Part shown: piece after piece, positions 24,939 to 37,326 of the stretch
Layout: every line of letters begins with the position of its first letter
How positions within the stretch are numbered: the stretch's first letter is position 1
Source of the DNA: Blepharisma stoltei ATCC 30299
Taxonomy: Eukaryota; Protista; Ciliophora
Length of the DNA stretch: 64,000 nt
Direction of reading: 5' to 3'
NCBI GenBank assembly: GCA_965603825.1
Contig: CBFDEM010000053.1
Coordinates: forward strand, 1,116,001-1,180,000
Made by a program: the position numbers and the translations under genes
Notes under the pieces: generated by a model
The model's database searches: none
The model's input: only the letters and a program-made list of their open reading frames with translations
What the model was told of the DNA's origin: nothing

Positions 24939-27900
24939 ATGCTGAAGGATATTTGATACAAGTTTCTTATCGCTAACTTGTTTATTGTCGGCGTATTAAT
25001 TTTGGTCGGTGGTATTGTTATCCCTGTAATGCTCCAAAAACTGATAGACGATGGCCTTGACAGTTTATGATGTAAGCCCAGTACCCACAAATCCTGGGAC
25101 GCCACGCCAGGGAAGCAAGATTTTAAAATCGTTAGAAGCTTTAAAATGTTCAATATCACTAACCCAGATGAAATATTGCAAGGGGCAAAACCAAAACTTG
25201 TTGAGACTCCTGAATTCAGATTCCAAGAATATTCAAAGCTCAATTACTGGGAATACCTTGACGAGAACGAAACATCTCTCGGCACCGAAACCTCAGGTCC
25301 CTATATAGCTTACAATTATCAGCTGATTTTAAAAGAAATTGAAAATAAAGGAACTGTGATGCCTCTTGACACTCCTATCACAAGCCTTAATATAGCGCAA
25401 TATTTCACCTTTTATTCGATGACTCATCAATCATTTCCGTTCTATTCTCTCCATTCCCTTTATGATGTAGTCATTGCTATGCAAAATGACTTATATGATA
25501 TTATCATTGCATACTCCCTATATGAAAAATACTACAGCAGTGCAGCTTTGGTTGAAGACTACTTGGTAAATGTGGCTGGATTTAGTCAAGCAGATGCAAA
25601 TACAATTATGACTGATACTAAATATGGGTGGAGTGGCTATAACCAAATGAAAATGTGGATACAAGCTGCCTTTGATTATAACTCAACAAAGTCGCTTAGT
25701 GATGGAGCTTTTGAAACTCTTGATAATTATTTCCAAATTGAAAATCTAAGTGATTTGATTGTCACTGAAGGAATTCTTTGGCAAAATATTACTGCGGTTT
25801 TAGAAGACATGGAAAAAAATTATGGTACAAGTAATCGAGTTGCTGTAGGAAACTTCCAATGGGCAACTGCTGAAGTCACAGTGAGCCCACCTTTAGGAGC
25901 TAAAGCCATAGCTTCTTTTCTTAGTATTAATCAAACCTTTACTTTTCCTCCTGAAATGCCTAATTTTATAGCTGCGGCTAAATTGGAAAAAGCTGATTAT
26001 TCTGAGATTGCAAACACATTGCTGGAGGTTAGCCATTCAGTTCCTAAGACTAATTATATGTCTCTGGTAAGTTTAAGCAATTTGATCACATTTTTTACTG
26101 ATCTTGGGACTTCTAACTTGCAAGATCTTAAAGACAGATTCAACTTAACAACTTATAGCCAGGGCTACAACTTAGCAGCCTACTTAAAATATATTGCAAC
26201 ATTAAAAATAGCCTATGAAGGAACTCAAACAGATTTTGATGGCTATTCTTTATGGATTTCTCGATTAGTAACCAAAGCGATACAGACTGGCATAAATAAC
26301 CTGAAAAATGACGTATATTGGGCACTCCCATCAAAGCTACTTTTTTGTAAGTATAAAGAATTTTCTACGAGCTGTCAATCAGTTATAGGAACAGGTCTAG
26401 GCACGCAATATGCAGCTCAGATCACTGCCATTTGTGCTGACCCAGATATTGGGTGGGATATAAACACTCCTACAAGCTGGGTAAATTTAGAAATCTGGGC
26501 CAAAGCAGCTATGAAACATAAGCCTTCCTATGATTACAACCTAATTTTGAATAAAAACATCGTAAATGCTGCAACACTAGACACGATTCTTACAAATAAC
26601 TTTGAAGGCCCCATCAATACCTATTTACAAAATATTTCCAAAAAATACGGCTGCTCCAAAGCAATTTGTACGTTTGATGAGCTTTTATATAAGCAATGGG
26701 GAAGTTCAGAGCTAACCAATAATTTGATGGAAGATTTGACTACGTGTGGGGTTTCAGCATCAATGACTTTCCAGAGCTGGCTTCCTTCTCGCTATGCAAC
26801 ACCAATTGAATGGACTTATTTCTCAGAAAATTCTATCCCAGCGGCCATGGTCGGGAGTTTCCTCAACTACAATGCATTTTTAAATCCAACTCCAATAAAA
26901 CTTTTCTTAAATTATTATTTTCAAGGGAATGCTGCTACAATCACAAGCAAGCTCGGAGTTCCTACAAACCTCATAGATCCGATGTACAACTACTTGTTGA
27001 AGCTCCTCCCTGGATACGGGCTTTTTGCAACAAGAACTTATAAAGAATGGATTTATGGCGTGTCAGATACCTTTTTAGCCTGGGTGAAATCTATAGACGT
27101 ATATAATGGAGGGTATCCCTTAGTACCAGTTGTTTATCCTCTAAAGTCTTTCTCAAATGAAACCCAGTCGACGCCAAAGCATGTAGTTATGTCAGGAAAA
27201 TCAAGCACTAAGCATACAAAAGCTTACTATAAGTACTTTGGACATCGCACTATGGACATGTACTCAGCCAAATATAGCGATTGGTCTCCTTATCAAGCTG
27301 TGTATGCATATAGTCAAGTATGGGGAGAAGAAATAGAAATACAAGGCGGAGATGGAGGGAACTATGGGACGCATGTCCATAAAGATGACAGAGTACCTGT
27401 ATTTATTAGCTCAATTCTCAGGTATGGGATTCTAACATACAAATTTTCTGACACTTATAATGGCTTAGATGTGTACTTTTTCCAAGTGGACCCTGACGAA
27501 TTAAAAACATCAGCTACAGTCCCCGCCAACGCTAAGTATTTTCAGCTTCCTAATGGATTTGATGGCTTTTTCAATATTACTGCTCAATCAGGGGCACCTT
27601 GTTTTGTATCATTCCCTCACTGTCTCTACTGTGAGCCAGATGCCCAAAACATGGTTGAATATTATGAGTGGACTCCAGAAGCTCCTTTATCAAAGCGAAT
27701 TTATCCATATGAGACACATGATATGCCGTGGGCAAAAATAGAGCCATATACAGGTACTGGTGTAAGTGTAGTATTGAATTTCGAAATCAGTGGCGGCATA
27801 TATAGAGACTATTTCTATAGAAATCTTCATGAGCCAGTTCCTGGGAAAGGACTTTATTTTCCCTACTATCAACTTTTACGTTCCTCTAACCTCACAGATA

Positions 27901-28106
27901 GTCAAGTTGATGATCTATTTGGGTCGTTCATTTTGGCTCAGCAGATGAAGAGTTTGATGTTTTATGTAGGCATCACATTGGGGGCATGCATGATTCTAAT
28001 TTCTATGTTCAATTTCGCTTATGTGTATAGAAAGCAGAGATTTGGAGGATGGAAGTCTCCTTTGCACAGTGCATCACCTCCAGGGTCGCCTAAAGCAACA
28101 GATTAA
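24939..28106 (+). CDS. CD36/LIMP-2 family scavenger receptor, expanded ectodomain, paralogue B (~1055 aa)
   Basis: ATG 24939 extends the track ORF through two TGA codons. Motifs FNITNPDEILQGAKP, IQGGDGG, FVSFPH and IEPYTG. Colinear with paralogue A. Confidence 0.87.
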
Positions 28107-28740
28107 TATAATTACTTTACCTGAAAATAATAATTCATAGGTGTAGGCTTTTTAAAAGATGATATATAATCCTATGCAATCTAAAAAGGGAAAATTGAGA
28201 TCTGTAACTTTAAGCAAGAAGATGATGAAGCAATTAAAGTAAGAAATATAATTTGGCCAACAATGATAAGGATAAATAAAATTCTACAAGAGAGTAGCAA
28301 TATTCATAAATACCAAAAACATTGCGTAATTAAGATTAAAAGGATGAAAAATTAGAGCTGATTTAAAATTATTAAATAAATTCACAGCAAAACATGCAAA
28401 AACTAAATTAAAAAGTCAGAATAGTTTACGATAATTAAAGATTTAAAAATAAAGCCTTGGAAGCAGTTTAAATATAAAAGACTAGAGTCTTAATTCTCAT
28501 ATAAACCTTAAATAAATAAAAAGTGAAAAAAATATATACATGAATTATTTTTTGTACTCTCCAAATACTCATGCAGCTTTATACAAAGCGATTAATTAGT
28601 CAAATATGCAAGTATTAAATATGCTGCAGAATTATCATAAATTCTCCTAGGACTTTTACAGCATTTTATTCACAATTTCTTTATCTAATCTCAAGTCCTT
28701 TTAAATAATAATAAAGCACATTATCTAGTAAAATAAAAAC

Positions 28741-29064
28741 TTATTTAGGAGTCTCCTTAGAATTAGCGAACTCATTATAAGCTTTATCGAATCCAGCAGA
28801 ACGAGTTAAAACAATGACTACTTTGTTCCTGCGTCTGTCAATATTTTTGCGGTCTGGCTCGGTGACTGAAAGTGTCTCGAATTTTTCTAAGTCAGCATAA
28901 CCAAGTGAACAAAGCATTTCTGCAGCCCTCACTGTATTAGCGCTGGCATCGCCAAGGCCTTGAAGCTCTACATGACCATGTTCTTTGAGAATTTCTTTTG
29001 CATGAGCAACAAAAGCTGGATAAGCTCTGCGAAGGCTGACTTTAATGACAGTGCTGTTTTCCAT
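28741..29064 (-). CDS. Alba DNA/RNA-binding protein
   Basis: IKVS...AKEILKEHGHVELQGLGDASANTVRAAEML...ETLSV...KVVIVLTRSAGF matches the Alba fold pattern. Confidence 0.88.
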   Translation of the reverse strand: MENSTVIKVSLRRAYPAFVAHAKEILKEHGHVELQGLGDASANTVRAAEMLCSLGYADLEKFETLSVTEPDRKNIDRRRNKVVIVLTRSAGFDKAYNEFANSKETPK

Positions 29065-29280
29065 ACCAGAGAAGATCGAAATTATACCATGACATTTTTT
29101 TGGGAAGTCCGAGATTTTACTATTAAATCACTGTTCGATTAATTTGCACCCAGTTAAGCACAAGTATTCCTAATAACGCAGTTCTAAGGCTAGGGCTCAT
29201 ATATAAGCCGCGTAATTTTTTTCATCTAAATTTATTAATAAGTATACATAAAACGAATTGCAAATTGACCATTTAAGTTA

Positions 29281-31074
29281 TTAAGAATCTAAAATACTTT
29301 GTAACTTTTCTGATACTTCTTGGTCAGTTGTATTGATTGACGAAATGTAAATGATTTTCCATTCTGTTTTAGCTTGGAAAGAAATACTAAGATCATTGTA
29401 TCGCTTCAGGAATTTTGCAGGAAATGTGTAATCATGGACTTGATTAATTTTTATTAATTTCTTTGTTTGAGGTATTGCAAAATCAAAATAAAAATAATGA
29501 AAATAGTTTTTTTGAAAATCTATGTTTTTTGATAGCAAATAATTGTTTACTATATCATGAGTATGAGTTCAATTGGTAAATGATTTTCCGTTTTCTCTTA
29601 TAGCTTTCCATGACTGTTCAAGTACTTCATAAATACTTTGGATTTTTTGGTGATATTCTTCGTAATAAGGAGTGCCGAGAAGATTCAAGTTAATCGCATA
29701 AAGATAATTGTAAGTAAAATCGTTATTAAAAGCTAGATGCACTTCATCAATGAATTTTTTCCAAAAACCTTCAGTGAGATCTTTAGAAGTAGAAAAAAAA
29801 GCTGCGAGTTTTAATTTGTTCATAATTTGTAATTCTGAATAGCTTTCACAGCAGATTTTTTTAAGGGTTTCTAAGAGTTCTGTATCATAATTTTCTAAAA
29901 GATTCCATAAAGAAGTCATAAGAATAATTGCTTTTTCAACCTTTTCATTTATTTTTAAACTTAAAAAAGCTTCGCCTTTTATATAATCTTTAAAAGCTTC
30001 ATTTAACCTCTCATCAACATAGAATACCTCCGATCCCAAAAATCTAAAAGCATTTCTAAAGTCTTTCAATTTTAATCTATTAAGCCTTTTCAGCAGATTT
30101 TCAAATAATAATTTTTGAATTGAATTTTTTTGAAAATCATCTTCAAAATTAACATTTATAGCAGTAAAAAATGATTTCATAAAATCTTGATCTTCCAGAT
30201 TGTCAATGCTTGCAGTAAGACTTTTCGACCAACTCATGATTAAATTTTTACTTGCTTTATCTATTGAATTTAATGCCGATGTGTACTCATTTATGAATTC
30301 AAAGTTTAGCCCTCCAGCTTCAATTCGAAGTAAAACTATTTTTTCAATTTCATCAAATAGATCCTCTCCTGATTTCATTTCAAAAGAAGCAGCTTTATTT
30401 AAGTAGGAATAGGCAAGAGCGAATGAGCTGAGCAATGTTGATAAATATTTGTCTTGCAGAGTCGTTAAATCAACGATTGAGATCAGCTTTGCTAACGATT
30501 GATAAACTGTTTTGTATTTATTAATGTCCTGAGGTTTTTGCACAAGATTTGTGATTGCATATATCATATAAATAGCTTTTGTAGGCTTGAAAGATTTGTT
30601 TAAATACTCCAAATACTCATTTTCAAAGTCGTGATTAGCTGGAATAAAAGCAAACTTATGCATCTTCATGATATCATTAAGACATCCATTAATTTCTTGG
30701 CTATCAGAGTTATAATTCTTTAAAGTTCCAACAACTGCTTCTTCAAAGTTTTTGATTGCATCAATTGGTATATCTTTACTAAATAGACGCACAATTGCTC
30801 TGCTTATAAAAAATGCTTCTTCTTCACAGATATTTTTGAATATTTCCTTGTCGAGATTTTTAAGGGTTTTGCTGAAATCAGCTTTGCTCAAGATTCTTTT
30901 GTCACAATAATTTATGAAATCAGGAAGAGTGAGACGTGGCTGCTCGATACTTCACGATCTTTCTATAGGAGAGGAGTTTGTGGAATAAAATCTGGATGAA
31001 AATCTTATAGTGCTGATATTTCTGCTCACGAAGAATAATTGGTGGATCGCTCTTTTGAGTGGAAATAAAAGCAT
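29281..31074 (-). CDS. Helical-repeat protein with C-terminal RAP-like domain, putative mitochondrial RNA-binding (~597 aa)
   Basis: ATG 31074 gives a presequence-like N-terminus (MLLFPLKRAIHQLFFVSRNISTIRFSSRFYS). TGA at 30952 and 29569 read through in frame. The C-terminus FDFAIPQTKKLIKINQVHDY...EWKIIYI is RAP-like. Confidence 0.6.
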
Positions 31075-31172
31075 AAGAAAAAATATTACATTTTTGAAAA
31101 GACATCTAATTTGTTCCTGTAATATAAACTTAGAAATAAAATATAATTTGAGCAATAAAGTTATTAATTAAA

Positions 31173-32000
31173 CTATAAAGTTTCAACAATGTCATTTCTT
31201 AATTTTCTAAGAGATTCCTTTCTTTTATCTTCAAGGTGATTTTCCATATCATTTATTTCATTCATCATTTCATAGTCAAGATGGGTTGTATCTTCTCCTC
31301 TACTATGCTTTTCTTCACCAAGCTTTCTATATTTTTCTTTAATTTTCTGGATATTAACCAGCTTTTCTGTAATATGAACTTCCAAAATTTTTTCTAATTC
31401 AAGCTCTAGCTCTTGGGGAGTCTTTTTTTGAGAAATTCCACCAGATATGTCACTTTCTTTATTTTTCCTGGTTGATGTTTTACTAAGTTCTATTAATTCA
31501 CGAAACTGCTTTTTATATAACGGAGTTGGCGATGTGCTTAAATTTCTCGTTTTCCTTACTTGCACTCTATTCACTAAGCTATCGTTTTGGCCCTTCAAAT
31601 TTAATTGGACTTGCCGAGAAGCGTTATGGGATATGAATTCGTGTTCTTTTACAGTCTTTTCAGCAGCCCTTTGTGATAATAGCTGCCCGGAATTTTGAAT
31701 TTTTGGTGGCTTTGGGGCAAGAATAGCATCTTGGTTTAGCAATAAATTGTTCATTCTGACTTGATAGTCTCGATACTTGCTGTTTCTCATAGCTTCATGA
31801 TATTCAATAGCTTGCTAAATAAAATATACGGAATACATTTCAAGTAGTGTCCTTAAGATCTCAATTGTCCCATTTTCATTTATTTGAATTTCAAGTTTAG
31901 ATAAATTTTCTTCAAAATCGTCTGGTAAAGGCTTAATAGAAGGGCAAAATTTTGATCTCCCGGATCTGATAGTTTCTTGCTTTCCTTTATTTTTTGACAT
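31173..32000 (-). CDS. Hypothetical coiled-coil protein (~270 aa, one tiny intron)
   Basis: Two track ORFs joined by intron 31815-31829, giving LLEMYS/QAIEYHEA. Ends TAG. Confidence 0.8.
31815..31829 (-). other. 15-nt intron GTATATTTTATTTAG
   Basis: GT-AG ends, A at position 10, in-frame TAG removed. Confidence 0.9.
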
Positions 32001-32725
32001 TTTGGAATTATTAATATGAAACTGGAGGATTTTATATTTAGGATTCCAGTCTTTGCCGATATGGAATTTAAGGATTTATCAATTCCACAAACATTTTAGA
32101 TTCGCAGAGTGAAACATTTTTTACCTATAATAATTATTTAATATTTTAAACTTTGGGATTGATATGACTATTAAAAATAACTTAATACTGTAATTCTACT
32201 TGAAAACTGATAGTGAAATATTATTCTAAAAATGTGGAAGTTTAATTTTCATCTAGCTTTTATTTAAGCTCTGTTTTGCTCAGCTAAGAATATTAAAGAA
32301 AGCATATCTCAGCAGCTGAAAGTCTTTTTCCAGGACTATTAACAAGAAATCTTGAGTGACTGTGGTAACTTAATTTAGAAGCTAATAAAAAATATAAAGA
32401 ATGATAATTAATTAGCATTCAAATTTAAGAATTTTTAAAATTAGCCGTGAACTTATTTTGACAGTCAAAATAATAATTTATAACTTTGTTTGCAGTTTTA
32501 GAATATTTAACTGCAATTATTATAAAGAATATAAATCATATCCATTGTGAAGAAATTAAAAAAAATCTAAGCTTTAAAACTCTTAAAATCATCTTCAACA
32601 TGAACTATGATTTAAATCGCAGAGACAAACGTAAATACTCTAATATTTATCGAAAACTTTATATGAAAATTCATCCCATATGCTAGCCTTCTCATACAAC
32701 CATTTATAATAATTTTTGACCGCAA

Positions 32726-33715
32726 ATGAGAAGCAACGAAGAAGAGAGACTAAAGCACGTTGGAGATCTCATTGGCCATAATGGTTGGGTTACTGCCCTT
32801 GCCACAGGTAATGAAGAACATGGAAACCTTCTTGTTTCCGTCTCCCGAGACCGTTCCCTTCTCATCTGGAATCTTGACCTTTCCCAAGAGCAAGGCTTTA
32901 TCCAAACAGTGACTGCAAACCCTCACAGAGCCCTCAAAGGTCACTCCCACTTCATTTCAGACGTTGTACTTTCATCAGACAACAACTTTGCCCTTACAGG
33001 TTCCTGGGATACAACCATGAGACTATGGGACTTGCGTGCAGGCCGCACCACCTACAGATTTGTTGGACACTCCAAAGACGTTTTAACAGTCGCTATGTCC
33101 CCAGACAACCGTCAAATCCTTTCAGGTTCTCGCGATAAGACAATTAAGCTTTGGAACACAATTGCTGAGATGAAGTATGAGTTCGATACTGAATCTTCAC
33201 ATACTGACTGGGTTTCCTCTGTAAGATTTACCCCAACAACTAAAGACCCACTTATTGTGTCAGCAGGCTGGGATAATTCAATCAAATTGTGGGAGCAACA
33301 GACCTATAAGTTGAAGCATAACCTCATTGGGCACACAGGCTGCATTAATTCGACCACGATTTCTCCAGATGGAAACTTCTGTGCTTCAGGAGGAAAAGAC
33401 TGCAGCGTTATGATCTGGCACATCAAGGACCAAGTCTTGCTATACCAACTCGACACTGGATCATCAGTAAATGCCTTAGCTTTTTCCCCAACAAGGTATT
33501 GGCTTGCAGCTGCCACTGATAGTGGAATTAAGGTATGGGATTTGGACACAAAGACTTTGATCAATGAATTTGTTCCTGACAAATTTGCAAAAGATGGACA
33601 AACTAGAATTAGATCACCTGGCGCTTTATCGGTAGCTTGGTCTGGAAATGGAGATGTCTTGTACGGAGGGTTCACAGATGGAGTAATTAGAGCTTACGCC
33701 GTTACCCAAGAATAA
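32726..33715 (+). CDS. RACK1: Receptor for activated C kinase 1 (ribosomal WD40 protein)
   Basis: GHNGWVT, ALKGHSHFISDVVLSSD, LTGSWDTTMRLWDL, FSPTRYWLAAAT. Seven WD40 repeats. Confidence 0.97.
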   Translation: MRSNEEERLKHVGDLIGHNGWVTALATGNEEHGNLLVSVSRDRSLLIWNLDLSQEQGFIQTVTANPHRALKGHSHFISDVVLSSDNNFALTGSWDTTMRLWDLRAGRTTYRFVGHSKDVLTVAMSPDNRQILSGSRDKTIKLWNTIAEMKYEFDTESSHTDWVSSVRFTPTTKDPLIVSAGWDNSIKLWEQQTYKLKHNLIGHTGCINSTTISPDGNFCASGGKDCSVMIWHIKDQVLLYQLDTGSSVNALAFSPTRYWLAAATDSGIKVWDLDTKTLINEFVPDKFAKDGQTRIRSPGALSVAWSGNGDVLYGGFTDGVIRAYAVTQE

Positions 33716-34131
33716 ATTTTTAAACGTCATGCCTTGAAGAATTAAAATTCTCAGGGCGACAGCCTTCTGAAAAAGAGGGAGGAAGGACATAATAAAAATT
33801 CTTAAAAATGGTGCACCTGTATAAGCTAAACGCTAGTAGCTATGAATTTAGCAATTATGATTATGACTGAATAAAATCGTGGCTATTGCATTTTTTGATA
33901 ATTCATCAAACTAATTTTATACTTTTATTATGATTTTGTTAGGGTGCTTCATATTTTCAAGTTTAAAGAATATCGTATTTAATGTTTATAACTATGATTA
34001 AGCATTTCTCATTAAAATTAGAATCATTTTACATTAAATGGCTAATTTATATTTTATTTCATTCACTAACTGAATTTTGTTCTTATTTGCTACATACAAT
34101 CGCATATTTCGATTCTGTGATAAATTATAAA

Positions 34132-35301
34132 ATGGAGGAGGACTATTTGCAAGATCTTCTGAAAAAGGAAAAAGAATTAAGGCAAGCCGAAGAAGTAAAT
34201 GCTCAAGAATCCCAAAAAGTCATCTGCGAAATTGTTGAGCGTGTCCGCCAGACTGGAAACTGGGAAGCTGTAGCTGAGTGAATCCAAGCTTTAGCTAAGC
34301 GCCGAAGACAGCCCAAGCAAGCTATTACAGGAATGATTCAGCAAGCTATCGGTTATCTCGATTCGTTGCCTAAAGGTCATCCTTTATTATTAGTGCTTCG
34401 AAAGGTATCTGAAGGAAAAATTTATTTAGAAGTAGAATTTGCCCGGCTAACAAAAGTATTAGCAGAACTCAAAGAACAAGAAGGCAACTTAGAAGAATCC
34501 TCAAGTCTCCTACAAGAAGTCCAAGTTGAAACTTACGGGTCTATGGATAAAAACGAAAAACTCAATTTTTTGCTTCAGCAATTAAGACTTTTATTAGCGC
34601 TCAATGACTATATAAGATTTTTTATTATTTCCAAAAAAGTCAATAGAAAAGTATTAGACGAGCCAGGTATGGAAGCCGCGAAAGTTCAGTTTTTACAGTT
34701 CATGATTCAATATTATGACCACCAAAAGAGTTATATGGAGTCTGCATTAGCCTATCAGACGCTTTATGAAGTCCAAGGGCAAGGATTTGATGCGGCTCAT
34801 GCATTGCAACAGATGGTACTAAATTTATTATTAGTTCCTTATAGTGCAGAGCAAATTGATTTATTGAGGAGAGTTGAAGATAAAGAAGAATTAGAAGCGA
34901 ACTTAAGACATGTGATAAAAATTTTACTTGGAAAAGAAATAGGAAAAGTCCCAGGCGAAATCCAAGCATTGCTGACTCCAGAGAAGTGGAATTTGTTGAG
35001 GAGAAGAATAAATCAGCACAATATCAGGATTGTTCAAAGCTATTATTCAAAAATTACTTTAAATAGACTTGCTGAGCTTTTGGAGTATACAGTTGATGAA
35101 ACTGAGGCTGAAATAAGGGATATGGTAAGCTATATGGGATTTTCCGCAAAAATAAACAGACCAGAAAAGTATATTTACTTCTCAAAACCTTCAGAACCAC
35201 AAAATCAGTTAAATGAGTGGGGAAGTGACATTTTTGGTCTACTCAACCGTTTAGAAGAAATTACCCATTTAATCCACAGAGAGCACATTGTTGCCTCATA
35301 A
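34132..35301 (+). CDS. RPN5: 26S proteasome lid subunit RPN5/PSMD12 (~389 aa)
   Basis: ATG 34132 with TGA 34279 as Trp. Motifs LAKRRRQPKQAI, SEGKIYLEVE, LQEVQVETYGSM, HNIRIV, AKINRP and a PCI domain. Confidence 0.93.
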
Positions 35302-35302
35302 T

Positions 35303-36334
35303 TTACGAATTAGTTTTATTAAAATTATTTTTTCTAATTTTCCAAATTCTAAATGAATGCAATTCATTAACCAAGGAGACTCTATTAGAAATGCGGCTTA
35401 GGTGGTTAATAATCGATTCGTATTTTTTGGCCTTTTTTATTGTTTGAGATACTATTCCAAATGATCTTTGTCTTTTGACTGGCAATTTTTGTGACATATT
35501 TCATGTTGATGTTATTATTTTTGAAATAGATGGGGCATGCTCTTCATTTTTTTGGGGTTTGTGGATTTTTTCGTCATTTTTTGATGGGGCTTTTTCTTCA
35601 TTTTTTGATACTTTTTGGTTTATCTCTACGAGCTTTGACACTTTTTGGTTTAGATCTTCATTTGCTGAAATTGATATTTTTTTGGTCTCTTCTTCATTTT
35701 TTGATAATTGTTGGATATCTTCTCCATTTGTTAATATTTTTTGGTTGACCTCATCTTGCGAAGAAGTAGCTTTAGAACTTTTTTTAATAGCGTTTTCAGT
35801 TGACTTAATAAAAGATTTACAGAATGCTGCCTTATCTGGTTTTTTTGTCTTTTCAATGTTTTCCATTGCAATTTTAACAAACGAGTCTAAATTTGGTGTG
35901 GGTGTTTCTACAGTATTTGAGCCATTTTGATTTTCAACATCATTATTTTGCTGTGGAGCTGATGAAATAACAAGCGTTTCTTCTATTTCCATTGCTTGAG
36001 TTTTTTCTTCAGGCTTGCTAATTATTGGAATTGGTTGTTTAACCTTTGCATTTGAATGTGCAAAAGCATGAGCTTTTAATAGAAGATTATGCAAAACTTT
36101 AGAACACACTTGGCACTTGTATTTTTCTGGGCCGACTTGATCAAATAAGGTCTTGTCTATTTCCATTTGTGCTGGCTTACATTGATGGGTTTCTGCTTGA
36201 GGTCTTGGAAGAAGCTTAAGACATGTACAGCATTTAAAAAATTCTGTTTCCTCTGGAAAGAGATGCTGAGTTAAGTTATTTTTCTCGATTTTTAAGAAGG
36301 AGATTCCGTTTATTTCAACTTTTGCGTCTGTCAT
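35303..36334 (-). CDS. Zinc-finger protein with low-complexity K/E/S region (~343 aa)
   Basis: CTCLKLLPRPQAETHQC and CQVCSKVLHNLLLKAHAFAH. TGA 35501 reads through in frame to TAA at 35303. Confidence 0.65.
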
Positions 36335-36497
36335 TTTTTTCTATTTATTTAGGGGGATATCTTCAAAAAGAATTTAGATATTCATTTTTATACATAAAGT
36401 AATTAGATGCTTTATACTAAGCAAAAATATGTGCTCGCTTATTTAAAACAATAAATTGAAACACATAAAGTAATATGAATATGATACTGAATTTTAA

Positions 36498-37115
36498 TTA
36501 ATTACTTATACTATTAAATAGCTGTTGCCACCCCGATACTGTTGTAATATTAGAAGCATCAGGTACCCATACTCCATTTATCAAGTATGAAGGAGTTCCT
36601 GGCATCTTTATTGAGCATGCAAAGTCATAAGAGTTTCTCAGACTTCTATTGGCTGCATATGCATTCATTCCATTAAGTATCGTATTAAAGCTCGCACCAG
36701 TTGCTTGCATGGCATACAATGTCACTGTATTCTGCATTGTCTGAAAGTCATTTTGGTTTGCTTGCTGTATAAAAGCCTCTTGCTTCTGAAACATTATGTC
36801 AATATATGAAGTAAAATTTGTTGAAGTATAGTTCATTTGTATAAATCTTCCTGCTAATGCTACATTGAAGGATAAAAGCCTGTAGGATAAAGGAAAGATG
36901 TGAATAATTAGGCCAAGTCACTTTTGGTTTTGGTTGTAATATTGCATGACAGATGGGTAAGCCAACTTGGATTGAGGGTCCAAGTGATCCATAAACAATT
37001 CAAGAGTGTAGTTGCTTCTCAAAGGGCCAAGGAATAATCCATCGTAAGGATGAGGGATTGGAGTTACTTGAGTTGCAGCAGCGAGTACCAAAATTAGAGA
37101 GCCAATAATTATCAT
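36498..37115 (-). CDS. Secreted DsbA/thioredoxin-fold protein lacking the active-site Cys (~205 aa)
   Basis: Signal peptide from ATG 37115, LELFMDHLDPQSKLAYP, IHIFPL and GTPSYLING. TGA 36918 is Trp. Confidence 0.7.
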
Positions 37116-37326
37116 TATCACATTTGAAGAGAAAACGATTTTAATATTATAATTAAAGATTTATCCTTTACATAATGCTAAAAATAAATAATTTTAAATA
37201 TAGGCAGCTTTAGCAGGCTTGAATTCTAGTATTTAAAGGTAAAATAATAGATTTAATTCTTTGAATTTGCTAAATTCCTATAGCTAATTTTCCAAATAAA
37301 TAGGGCGTAAATAGGAATATAATCTT

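Noticed and set aside
29100-29205. GGGAAGTCCGAG ... GGGCTCAT upstream of Alba, resembling RNase P/MRP P4 halves
   Set aside because: The halves are only ~90 nt apart with a 5-bp pairing and no recognisable flanking helices. An Rfam scan would settle it.
33982-34131. Upstream extensions from the track for RPN5 (33982), 50206 and 31155
   Set aside because: They are AT-rich, spacer-like translations. Downstream ATGs at 34132, 50284 and 31074 follow typical AT-rich leaders and begin plausible protein sequence.
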